DNA of 64,000 nucleotides from Parasitella parasitica NRRL 2501 (Eukaryota; Fungi; Mucoromycota), in NCBI GenBank assembly GCA_025201805.1, contig MU619257.1, positions 12,615 to 76,614 of the forward strand. The letters are read 5' to 3'. Of this stretch, positions 38,150 through 49,815 are shown piece after piece. Position 1 is the stretch's first letter; each line of letters starts with the position of its first letter. A program made the position numbers and the translations under genes. Under the pieces are notes generated by a model, which made no database searches, had not been told where the DNA came from, and saw nothing but the letters and a program-made list of their open reading frames with translations.

Positions 38150-39560
38150 AGGAGCGTAACGACTTGCACTTGTATCGTTGTTTACCATAATGTCATTATC
38201 TCTCTTTGCCAAGATATCATCTACAATACGGAATGCTAATGCTAACATGTAGGATCTTTCCAATGTTGTTGAGCTGGTAAATGGTATTATGGATTGTAAG
38301 AAAGTAACCCAGTGCTGCCATAGGATTTAGTGCTACTTATTGAGAATGACTTGATACAGCATCTGCGGTCAACAGCAGACATTTCTTTACCCAGAATTTA
38401 CAAACTGTTTCGAGCTGAAGTCCCTCGGCACTGACAGTAAATTCATTTTGAAAAGCAACGCTAGAAAAAAATTTGGTGACCATGACCAAAACGGTGGGTA
38501 ATGCTTTGTAACGCTTATACTGTAAGCATTAGACGCAAACGTTATAGGCCTAAGCAGGAACTCTTGATTAACTTGATGCCGACTTGTTCGCTACCGCATG
38601 GGCTGGTTACCAGGTAAGCCTCGACCTTGCATCTGCAACACCGATTATACCTCTCGTCGCCATCTCCATGAGTGTCCCATACTGCCACCTCATTTGACCT
38701 CTTTTTTGCCACTTCCCCCCAGATTCCTTTCATGGTACAATTATCGACCATGCATTGAACTTGCTGCCGGTCTCTCCCTCCTCCTCCAACTGTCCACCTT
38801 GGTGGTCTGATCCCTGCATCCTTCTTTGGCATTTTGACCAGCTCTGTAATCCTGACGGCGATTACACGACAGACCCTGTTCCTGGACAAGTGTGGGCTTC
38901 CCCAGCTTAATAGGCGTCCAATGTCTTCCCTGCTCTGTGGTGAACCGGTTGTGATTTGCTCCCTCTGCTTGTCCCTCCACTGTAACAATCTTTTTTTATG
39001 CACGAACGATGCGAGGGCATTCATGCTGTTATTGATCTTCCTTAATAGCCATGTGCATCTCATCCACCATCCTGCCAACTATAGATGTCATTGGTGATCT
39101 AAGATATCTTTTGCTTCTTTCGGACGTAGTTCCTGGTCCCAACTCACTTGTCTCCCAATGCTTGCAATAATGATCAAAAAGATCGATTGCAATATAGCAT
39201 TTGTTTTATTAATTCTTTTCTTTCATATTAATAAACACATACATTTTCGCCTGATTAAGTCGATATTGTGTTTCAATTAAAATCGGGGGGGGGGAGCTTT
39301 GCGGACGCATAAATCGTGTCTGACCGACTGCCATCAGCCCACTCAGTCGGGGCTACTGAATAGCTATCAGGAGGAACATCCACATCCATATCTACATATA
39401 TACGACTTGTACATAAGTGTTTTCGAACGCGTAATACAAATATCGATACATTACCACCAATAAGAGAGTCAACAATTATACGCACTATTTCTGGATTGCT
39501 TAACAGCGTCTTGTTTATATAATCAGCACTGTTGTGCCAGTGTCAAAGGGCGCAGCGTAA
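38150..39560 (-). pseudogene. Rpn/YhgA-like PD-(D/E)xK(Q) nuclease pseudogene split by an insertion of about 700 bp
   Basis: N-half (about 39560-39245): DYINKTLLSNPEIVRIIVDSLIG | intron | DVPPDSYSVAPTEWADGSRSDTIY..KLPP/PILIETQYRLNQ. C-half resumes at about 38545: ITFASNAY/YKRYKALPTVLVMVTKFF...CKFWVKKCLLLTADAVSSH*VALNPMAALGYFLT...WKDPT. Confidence 0.6.
38546..38910 (+). mobile_element. Non-LTR retrotransposon (LINE) ORF2 C-terminal fragment
   Basis: RMGWLPGKPRPCICNTDYTSRRHLHECP (CCHC-type), then after one frameshift IIDHALNLLP...CPPWWSDPCILLWHFDQLCNPDGDYTTDPVPGQVW*. Reads as a 5'-truncated LINE end. Confidence 0.75.
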
Positions 39561-39823
39561 TGTTATGTAAATATGATTTGTATAAAGTAATAAAGACTTT
39601 TCTGAATAAAACCAGATACAAAAGTGAAGACTTTTATTGACCTAAGATATGGTCTCTATTTATACTAAAATATATCTTGATTTATCAGAATGAGAAATTA
39701 TTCAAATAAAATGGTTGGGAATTAATCAGGTAAAGATCTCGTTTAACACATGGAAAAAATGATGGTTTATATACTAGTGAATCTAAGTAGACTGACGGCG
39801 AGATAAGATACAAGTGTGAGACA
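39141..39823 (-). repeat. Right arm of the inverted duplication, ending in a short tandem of ACAAGTGTGAG (39810-39839)
   Basis: Reverse complement of 35062-35747. Differences seen: poly-C length 10 vs 13 and about two substitutions. Confidence 0.95.
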
Positions 39824-39983
39824 AGTGTGAGACAAGTGTTATGTCAAAAGTCTGATAAAATAAATCTGTTAAAGAATTACCTTTCATTCACAATACATCG
39901 AGATATGTATTATATACACATTCATTACACTAGGGTTCTACTGTCTAACTGCATAATATAAATCATGACTACCCATAATTTAC

Positions 39984-40188
39984 TGTAAGAACGTGGGGCT
40001 GATGTGAGACTCTGATGGGAGACCTTGCCATTTTAGTGATATAACACTCGGAACAATATACTCCATTCATGAGAACTGATATACGACAATTCAAATGCTA
40101 TAAATACTAAGATGGTATTCTCTAGATAAAAACCTTGGTATATTTTATAATAAAGAACCCCAAACTTGATTATAATTGTAATTTTACA
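39984..40188 (+). mobile_element. Possible second, unrelated solo LTR
   Basis: TGTAA...TTACA termini with internal TATAAATA and AATAAAG. No TSD seen. Confidence 0.35.
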
Positions 40189-41883
40189 ACGCTTTTATTT
40201 TATTTTATTTTTCGTAAATCTTTCAAATTTATTGCAAGAGATAATCATGTGAGAAGATGAATCATAATTGTGAAAAGAGATACTTGATACTTTCATAATT
40301 TCATAGACTTTCTTGATAACTCCATATTTGTCCATTCGATCATTCAGTTTATGAATCAGTTTTGGCTTCTGCCTCTTATAAATAAATATGATGATTTATA
40401 GTCAGTCAAGTAAATATTAGTTAATCAATGATAAGAAGTATTTTACGGCATTCAGCCGCTACAGGTGTCAACTTTCCAAAGTCCACTTTGTAAAATGTCG
40501 ATTCAGCATTCTGCTCTTCGATAGTGTTGATCAGGTTCAAGCTCGCAAATGTCTGGAGAATGGAAGAACCTTGCTTGTCGGTTGGAACGATAGCTCGCGC
40601 AAGCATATAGCTACCATGTTGGCCCAATGATGGAAATAATGCTTTTCTAGGGCTTGCAGTCTTCGGCTTGGCAGAGGCTCACGGTTTACGTTTTGCAATT
40701 CGTGCCGATTCTACGCAGCATGTTAGATGAATGGGTTGGTAAATTGAAATATATTGACTCTACATACTAGCAAAGACTTATGATTTTAGATAGTGTACTT
40801 TAGCATCAACAACAATGATTTTTTTTTGGCATCAGCTTTCAACTGCTCATTCTGGATATGTATTGAACATGCAATTAAACTCATCTGCCGTTAGTGAGTA
40901 CGCTAGATTTGCTTATTCGATCCCATTTGCTGACTTTTGCCACGGTAAAGATTTTCATTTTTTTTCCTGCTGTGAATACTTTCCTCGTAGACATTCTCTG
41001 TGGAGGATCACCTTCCAGTATCTAAAACGTGGGTTCAATGTCATCTCTTACCATACTGAAACATGTGAATATCTTGTATAGATTTTTTTTTTGCCTTGAC
41101 TTCCATAGCCCACCCATTAAATAATCTTGTTCTGCGATGTCTCTTGCTTTATAGCTGAACGCTCCTTCTATAAAAAACAATGGCAACCCATTATTGATTT
41201 TGTAGTTAATCTGTAACCAGTTTGACGCTTCCCTAAAAAAGAAACTGTGATTTCTTACGGGTGATGAGCTTTTTATTCCGTACCAAAGCATTATATGCGT
41301 ATGTTTGTTAAGAAGAAAAAGTGCAAAAAGCTGATCAGAGAAACTGGTCAACTTATCTTTAGAGGTCATCAGCAATCAATATTTTGATGGCAAAAGCACT
41401 GTATTCCAAATAAATACCAGAGCCATCGGTATTAGGTAAAAAAAAAAAAAAAGACATTTATAGACTCTCTTCACAGATATGCATACATTAGCAGACTACC
41501 GGGGATATTGAGGCAGTGAAAGCAACGATGCTTAACAAAGAAACGATTTTTGATTAAATAGTAGCACCAAAAGCGAAAATCACATACAAAGATGTCTAAT
41601 CATCCGATGCAGTAATTATCAAGTACAACACTGCCACATTTGGCTAAATTATTGACCTTTGCTTTGCTACGGTCAATTTAGCCTCTTGATAGCAAATACG
41701 CCTGGACACAAGCTATCATCAAAAATCAAGTGCATAACTCAAGCTAGACAGTGGTTCAAGAGCTTGATTGTTTCAAGTCCCTGACAAGCCACAGCCCTCC
41801 TTGTTTGAACTTGGCTGGACTTGATCACCCGCTGTCTTGCACCCTGCACCTGCCTCTTCGCGCTTCTTTCACTTGTTGTAATC

Positions 41884-42911
41884 ATGGCAAACCCTATCGC
41901 TCATTGTCTCGAACGACTCAATTTACAGGATGACAAAAGAATAAAACAAAAGGCGGTAGAATTCCAAGGACAATTATCCAGTGTACCAGCGAAACTCTTC
42001 GAGAAGGGACCCAACTGTAAAGTCGTAGTTTGCATTCAATTAGCTTATGAAAGGTAAACCAGAGATTCGTCTAAAAAGAATCAATAATCAAACACAACAA
42101 CGTTATAGCCTTGGGAATCATGGGTGGAACCTCGAGCTAGGCTCTCAGTTAGCAGGCTGCAAAGCGTCAGCATATGAAGCAGCCCTCAGTAAAGCTCGCC
42201 AACGATTGAACATCCATCCGACTATCAACTTTGAAGCACTCACAATAGCACTGGGCTCTAGTACCATGCTAAACCCTGTCAAAGAGCTGTGGGCAGTCTT
42301 TGACGAGGCATATCAAGAACAATTTACAGGCGCCACTAAACTCAACGCAAAGAAAGAGCTTGAGATGCCGTGTTGGAAAGGTGCTGCCATATATTGCTGT
42401 GCCAAGGCATTTGGGGTAAGTGGGTGGAAATGCGGATTCGTTTTGTTCTGACAAGTATCAATAACTATAGGAGCACTTGAACAAAGACAAACTTCATGAG
42501 TTGTGCGCTTGTACACAATCTGACTTGAACAAATGTATCAAAATTGTAGAGAAAACGTGTGTTGGCAAGCTTATCGAGTTGAAAATTACAACAACCACAT
42601 CAGCACGCAGCAAACGAAGTCGAACACAAAGCAAAGGAGATGCGGAAAAGAACAGTGATGGAGATACGAGTGGTAAGAAAAAGAAGACGAAGAAATCAGA
42701 CCAAAAGCAAGCTAGCAAGCAGAGCAAGAAGAGCAAGAAGAGAAAGACAAGTGCGGGGGATTCTGAGCCCACAGCGCCTAAAAACGCAGCCAAACCTGTA
42801 TCAGGCATTGTGTCCATGATCAATCAACAGGACTACACCACCACCAAGCGGTTTAAAGAGTTTGATCAATGGAGAATCTTGATGATCGATCAGTTACAGC
42901 AGGCAATCTGA
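41884..42911 (+). CDS. ORC6: Origin recognition complex subunit 6, 3 exons
   Basis: TFIIB-like N-terminus (IKQKAVEF...VVCIQLAYE...LAGCKASAY), AAIYCCAK, a Lys-rich linker and the C-terminal helix DY..TKRFKEFDQWRILMI. Confidence 0.85.
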
Positions 42912-43277
42912 GATCTCCTTTAAAAAAAAAGATACCCCCAGCTACACTATTACAGTCATTTTGATATGAATTAAATAATAAAGATTCTTGACTCCTATTC
43001 TGCTCAAGTGGGTTTACCCGATTTATATGAGATTGCATCCACCTGTAGCGTATATATTTGTGTTTGTATGGGATTGACGGCACAGTTAACGGGATATGAT
43101 GTGTATTCATGTAAGTGTGCTTGCCCCCAGTGACTACAATAATAACAGTGCCAACTTGCTACTAGTAATCTAACATTCCTCCCCTTTTTCCTTTTAAACC
43201 AGACCTGTAGTAGTAATATAGTTTGGATATATACACTTGGTTCCTTTCCTTCTTTTCTCTCTTTAGGCTTAAATATA

Positions 43278-44338
43278 ATGTCTTTGAATCATACGACGTC
43301 GCTAACTGAACACACAGCTAGAACATTTTCAGAAATCGAGCATGAATGCTCTGCACAATCATTTGTTTCATCGGCGGACAGAACAACTGCAGTGGAAGTT
43401 GACATTCAATTGAAACCATATCCGCCAAGTTATACAAAAGATGTCATTGAAAAGAACGCTGCCGACGATAATGATTCGATCCTGTCTAAAAAGAAGCGTC
43501 GATGGCTTGTATTCCGAAGGGTTGCTTACATTGTCGTTATGAATGCGGCTATCCCCATCGCCTTGTACTATATATTGAAAGAGCATCTGCCCGCAGTATG
43601 GGCGCTAGTCTTGTCAAGCACTCCCACAATCATATCAGTTATAGTGCAGGCCATCTTTATGAAGCGAATCGACTCAATCGGCGTAGCTGTTATTTTTGGT
43701 TTGTTGTATTTTTAGGCACGATGAAGTCATAAAGTGTAAGCTGATTTTTTTCTTTTTTGCTCCAAAGGTTTTGTACTGTCAGTAGTCCTTGCCGTATTGA
43801 ATGGAGACCCCAAGATGCTCTTGCTGCGGGAGTCGTTTGTGTGAGTGTTCTTTGTTCCTTAGATACATGAACCAAGCACTGACTGTATATGTATATATGA
43901 TGTATAACTAGCACGGCGGGCGTAGGCGTAGTCTGTGCCATCACATTGATACCCTTCCGTTACAAATCATTTGTTTTAAAACCAGTGCTCTACTATCTGG
44001 CGAGCGATTTAATCCCGTTAAAGCCAGTTCAGTTCCAAGATGCAACACAGCCGCCGCAGAAACGAATGGATTTCTACTGGCACCACTCGGCATTCTGCAG
44101 GTTTCATTTTAGACTTCTGACAGCCATTGATGTTGTTATTTTGGAGCTGGAATTTGGACTGAAGCTGTTCTACATACTGCGATTCGACATTGACACGGTT
44201 GTTGTGCTAAGCAATTCCACATTGTCTGTGATTGGAATCATTGTAAGCCTCTCAACCATTGGATACATTATGCAAATCAGAAAGCGCCTAAGAAAAGATG
44301 AACCACAGATGTTGCGAAAGGCACTCGCGGTTTCTTAA
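43278..44338 (+). CDS. Multi-pass membrane protein resembling the bacterial VC0807 family, 3 exons
   Basis: NAAIPIALYYILK...WALVLSSTP...RIDSIG...GDPKMLLLRESFVT...KPVLYYLA...FRLLTAI; about 6 TM segments. Confidence 0.75.
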
Positions 44339-44487
44339 TCGTTTTCGCTGGTGGGAGCTGCAGATATCTCTTTTTTTTTTTTTTCTTGTTTTTTTCGTAT
44401 CCCAAAATTAAACAGAATTTGCCTTTCCCTCTTCTTCTTTCCTCTTTGCTACACAATTTTAAACTGCTGTACAATTTGCCAGATTAA

Positions 44488-46707
44488 ATGTACAACGTAA
44501 ACAAAAAGAGCTGGCGATTGTTGGCTGGCCTGCTATCAGCTATCCTCTTGGTCTATCTGCTTCGGTCGAGCACATTCGACACAGGCACCCACACATCAAA
44601 AACAACAACAAATACCAAGCTCACAAACTGGGATGTCACAAGCAGCGGCATCAAAACAAACTTGACATCCGAGCAGCTGCAGCAAGGGCCAAGTGAGAAG
44701 GCATTCATCACATTTCTGTGCGATGATGTGATGGTTGGTGGAACCTCAACTTGAGTGTAAACTTTATTTCTAACGTCTCAATTACAGGGTGAAGCTACCC
44801 AAGTGCTGGTCCATTCACTACAGCAAACCAACACTCCACATGATATTGTGGTATTGGTTCTCGACGACGTGACACAGACTGTTAGAAACAGACTGGAATA
44901 TCTTGGCGCAAAAATTATTAACGTCGATCAAGTAATAGTCAGCCTGTCATAACATCATCACTCATATTTAACCTTTTAAAAATAGATCAAATATCCTTGG
45001 GATTCTAGTTCCGCACGAAGAAAGGGGTTTAATAAGGCTTGCAGATACTCGAAATTGAATTTGTGGAATCTGACGCAATATAGAAAGGTACTTGGCTGTA
45101 AATGCTGGCCATTCTCCCAATCTAACGTATTCGCAGATAGTGTTTTTGGATGCAGATACAATGGTAGTAAATGTAAGTAAATTGTTGGGTTACACCAGGA
45201 CATTGAAACTGACCTGCTACTCGCTACCCGCTATATGACAGAAAATTGACGAGTTGTTTGAATATCCCCAATTCACTGCTGCCGTTGATATTGGTGGCGT
45301 ATTGAACACAGGCGTGTTTGTCGCTGAACCGGATGCTGAGACGTATAAAGACATCATGGCGACTTACGAAAGTGCGCCAAGCTACAACAAAGGTGATCAA
45401 GGTTTCTTAAACTACTACTTTAATAAGACCGCCAATCCGTTGCCTGGCAATTACAATTTGATGGTCAAGTTCACCGTGAGTTCATCTGTCAATTAGCGCT
45501 CGTATTCGTCCAGCAAATTGACATCTTTTTCAATTATAGCATTTCTCGACACTCGCCTCTGGCTTTGTCACAAAAAATAGTGTCAAGGTTTTACATTTTA
45601 CTAGCGAAACGAAGCCTTGGAATTTCCACTTTTTGCATCAGCGGGAATGGAGAGAGAACTATGATGGGTATTTATTCGGTTTATGGGCTCGCTCACTACG
45701 TCAAATGCGTGCCCAACTGACTCAAGGTGGTTTATTGACGTCTACAATGGATTGGGACAATAAGGGCCGTGTCGCTAATCTATGTGATCATCGTCTCAAG
45801 AGCAACTATGGTCGCAAATACCCGAAAAAGAATCAATTCACCGTCATTTTAACGTTAAACAAAGCTTCCATCAATAAGCAATACCTAGAGCAAATGCTAC
45901 GCATGTATGCGTCATCTAAAAAAGTTCACCAAATCTTTATCAACGGAAACTCCATCAAAGATGAACATGGCAAGAGATTCAGCTTGAATCAGGCTTATCT
46001 CCGTAGTTTGAAGCTTCGTAAACCTGCCAAGGCGATTGCTCGCGGATCTTTTAGTACTGTAAATTGGAAATTCAATCCTATTCAAGGCATTACAACCGAG
46101 TCTGTGTTTTTAGCTGATGAAAATGTAAGTTTTGCATATTGTCAAGAATAATGCTTCTGACCATTGTATTCAGATTGTCACATCACTTGGAGATCTTGAA
46201 TTTGCCTTTGACGTTTGGAGGAAAAGTGAAGATTCCATAGTTGGTTTCACATCTGATGCTCACAGCCTCCAAACCGCAACTACTAGTTATTCATTCGTCG
46301 AAAACCTGGATACTGATAATCGTTACAGTATGATTAGCAACAGCATGTTCTTAAAGTCAGACTTTTTATATGGCTATACTTGTATTTTGCCCGAGGAAAT
46401 TCATCAGTACATTGACAAATACCCAGCATGCCTTGACATTGCTATCAATATGCTTGTGAGCGGCCAAACGGGTTCTAGTCCTATTTTAGTGAAGGCAGAC
46501 TATTTATTCGAATTTCAACATGATCACTCTCAAACCACTCACCAACGCTCCCAATGTATCAATGAGTTGTCCGTATTATTTAACGGCAAAAATCCTCTTA
46601 ATCTGAATAATGAAATCGTATCTAAAGCAAGCCCTGAGCAAGCAAGTTTGCCTGCTTCTTGGGATAGTTGGGCAACTAGTATATCGGCTATCAAGGCAAG
46701 AGCATAA
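44488..46707 (+). CDS. Type II membrane glycosyltransferase: GT8 (glycogenin/GUX/IPUT1-like) domain fused to a GT64 (EXTL2-like) domain
   Basis: N-terminal TM anchor. GT8 motifs: AFITFL, YSKLNLWNLTQYRKIVFLDAD, LNTGVFV.EP, GDQGFLNYYF, LHFTSETKPW. GT64 motifs: QFTVIL, NWKFNP..I.TESVF, DLEFAFDVWRK..DSIVGF, YSMI, CLDIAINMLVS, HQRSQCIN. Confidence 0.88.
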
Positions 46708-47128
46708 ATCAAGTAACTCCCTTATAGAATATTTCCCTTGCTTTTTTATATACACGTAATAAATCAAATGATTCACCCAATTTATGAAATGTAAAATATA
46801 TGGCACCCCTTTCCTCTATTTTTTTTTTTATTTTTTTTTTATGTGTTTTAGCATTGAATCAATGGAATTGTTGGATATAAATGTTCAATGGAATGTGATA
46901 GAAGCGAGCTTTACCCTGTAAAAAGATTGGAGGCAAGGATAATGGGAACTCAACGTAATGATAGGGAATCCAATTTTCTCTTCAAAAATGAGCGTATATT
47001 TGCAGTCAAATATATAAAAAGGTACATACAAAATCTTTGGATTAACCTCGTCGGTTTATTCCCTATGCGTAAATCAATACAGAATCTCACAGTTTCTTTT
47101 CTTTTTTTATCGCCCCACCAAAAAGAAC

Positions 47129-47930
47129 ATGAATCATAAAAGCGAACGATGGATCAACCATAGCCAAATCCATTTTATCACTGCTCAATTTTTACTTGGG
47201 AATAAAGCAACCAAAGAAAAAGTTGCCTAAATCACATGAATCTGTGTATTAGTAGTGGAGGAGGGTTGCCAGCAAGGAAGACAGATGCAAACATTACGCT
47301 TCATTTGGTTACTGCTCCGATAAGCAAAATAGATGATCGTTACGACGACTCTGAAGACTGGGTCTATCTTGGTAAAAGTGAATCGACCATTCCATCAGCA
47401 GGTTCAAGCTGGAGCTCGATTTAGAGTGGGCATCGTGCAAGCATCAGTTCAATAACACTATCATAAATACTATGTGGTCATTATGTACAGGTACACACAG
47501 CAGATCAATCACAGAAAGAGTCTGTTCCATTACAGACACACAAAGTATTTGAAGCGTCTCGGCGTCACCCTACATTATCAAATCATTCAAGCATGGATAG
47601 TTTACCGGATCAAGCACAGGAAGATGATGACGATGATAAAAGCTTCTTTATTTGGGACAATCTGCAAAAAAAAAACAAGAGAATGGATTCGAGTTGTAGA
47701 CGAGGAGCTATTTCTACCCAAAGAAAAACTAACCGCTGCGGCAGAACCAAAATCAAGAGGAATTCGTGCTAATTCAGCACATTTAAGGATGATTGTTGCC
47801 AAAGTCAACATGATGCGTGCCAACAAAATCGTTTGTCATTGCGAGCGCGTGGCAACTTGCCCACTAGAAATGATACATTTACATTCGGCATACCTAGCCC
47901 GCTTTCAAGAGACTGATTACACAATATACC
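47129..47930 (+). pseudogene. Frameshifted fungal hypothetical protein (RANSAHLRMIVA..NMMRANKI motif)
   Basis: Protein-like segments are spread across three frames with stops. The conserved-looking C-terminus continues LRARGNLPTRNDTF after a frameshift. Confidence 0.45.
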
Positions 47931-48149
47931 CCTTCCGAATTGATACTCTTTTTAACATTTTATTTTCTCTCTTTTTTTTAAAAAAAAAATATACAATAAA
48001 CTATATATATAAATTTGTGTTGCTGTTGCACTGTGGGCGTATGGAAGGGTACTTTTTGCTTGTATAGATTGCATTTTGAAAAAGTTGTCAAAAAAAAAAA
48101 AAGGGTGTATATTATATCTCTGTCAATGGCTGGATTAGTCGAAAGGGAC

Positions 48150-48651
48150 TTAAAAGCCGGGAGCTCTAAGTTGTTGAGGTTGCTGCTGTTGAGGTTGTCC
48201 AGGAATTTGAGGTTGCCCAGCAGCCAACATCTGGACCACATAACATTAGTAAACCTGATCCATAAAATGATTATGATGACCCAATCTAACTTACCTGTTG
48301 TGTTCCTTGCTGCTGCATGGCTTCCTTCTCATAAGCAACCAAGGCTTGTTCCTTTTCAATTTCCAAAGCCAAGGGTAAAACCAACAAAAACATAGATGTG
48401 GTAATAACCCAAGCACTCTTACCTACAAAAGTAGCACCAGTCTTGCCCCAAGAGCTCAAAGTGGAGACACTATTGGAAAATCTATTTCTGTGTTTGAGAG
48501 GAATAATATCCTTCAAAGCGGTAATTCTGTCCAAAAGAGATTCATCCTCGTCGTCAAACTCATCATCAGAGAAATCAGAGTAATCCTCCTCTTCGCTCAA
48601 GACCTCGACTTCTTCGTATTGATCAGCAGATACTTCTTCAAGCTTAACCAT
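48150..48651 (-). CDS. TOM22: Mitochondrial import receptor subunit Tom22, 2 exons
   Basis: MVKLEEV, acidic cytosolic domain, ESLLDRITALKDIIP, GKSAWVITTSMFLLVLPLALEIEKEQ. Confidence 0.95.
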
Positions 48652-49019
48652 TATTCAGTTTTTTTCTTTCTTTTCTTTGTATTTGGGAAAGAAAACAGAA
48701 GAAGAAAAGCAAAGTGAAAATATTTTATAATTTCTACTCAGTGGTCTGCGTGTTGAGGGCCCTTGTCTCAAAATTTTCCATTTTAGCTTGTGCCATCTGG
48801 CACTAATAATGGCGCTCGTTAAGATCCGGATGGACTTTGCACACTACAAACTAGGTCTACAATTACTAGTCATGCAGACACATATTCTATGAAATTCTGA
48901 TTGAAATGTACAAGTATAGCAACAGCAAAGGCAATGCTCCAAATCAAATATGCTGGTGACTCTTGCTATCCAAACAAAAAATCAGCTTGAATTCTAGCCA
49001 TTTATTGGTAATTTGTATA

Positions 49020-49340
49020 TGAAAAAGGGCGGTCCAAGGTTACCATGCCAACTTTAATTTAATCATTATAACACATATCGCAAATAGGCGTCGTCTTCAA
49101 ACTATTTTGCAGTATCTGGAAAGTATCCAAGATTGATGGCGGAATTTATTTTCTTTCTTATGAAACTGCACCATTCTGACGATTATATCAAAAAGCAGCA
49201 TAGAAACTGATGTAAATTTGTTAGGCATTAGCTCTGTTTGTCCAAAACGCCCACAATCCGATATAGTATTTGAGAAGCTACGACCTTGACTGGAGAACAG
49301 CAAAAATACGCTGCGTTAGATTCTTGGGTCGCAATAGTTA
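49020..49340 (+). pseudogene. DEDDy 3'-5' exonuclease (WRN/RNase D-like) relic
   Basis: The frame starting at 49271 reads *EATTLTGEQQKYAALDSWVAI, an ExoIII W....L..Q..YAA.D motif with W replaced by a stop. It is preceded by CPKRPQ. Confidence 0.5.
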
Positions 49341-49815
49341 GTCTTCAATTGGAAAAAAGATCTAATTGTGTTAATTTACAACCTGGGGAATGCGACCCCA
49401 GTTCGCCTTGCATTGCAACTGTTACCAAGCAAACTGTGTCTCGGTAAGTGGCATTTACAAGGAATCAGCCAAGATTGCATCTATTCAGCAACAAGATGTT
49501 TGTAATATCACGAATGTAAAGAAATCAGTGTTGCTTTCAAATAGTAAGTGGAAATGACTATACATACAATGTTCGTCATTATGTGAGCCGCTTTATAAAA
49601 AATCAGTGTATCGAGTATACAAAACCTATAAGAATATGAGAGTTGCAGCTGCTACGTCAAGTAGGCAGTCTGCATATTGTTTTCATATCCTACAAGAAGG
49701 CAGATCTGAGTCTATTTGCGACAAGAAGCACGACAACTTTGCTCGTCGCGTTGTCCCTATTTGTGGACAGGCATTGTTCAGCCGGATTAAACTTTTTTTC
49801 CTCGTCACTATCATC

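Noticed and set aside
35062-39823. DIRS-type retroelement with inverted terminal repeats
   Set aside because: No RT/RNase H or tyrosine recombinase lies between the arms, and the arms are chimeric LTR plus nuclease fragments.
40200-41450. Broken minus-strand ORFs, possibly another nuclease-like multicopy gene
   Set aside because: No diagnostic motif could be assigned with confidence.
49606-49815. 70-aa in-frame N-terminal extension of MRE11 in the ORF track
   Set aside because: It begins at GTG and looks like promoter/5'UTR sequence; the ATG at 49816 fits the known N-terminus better.
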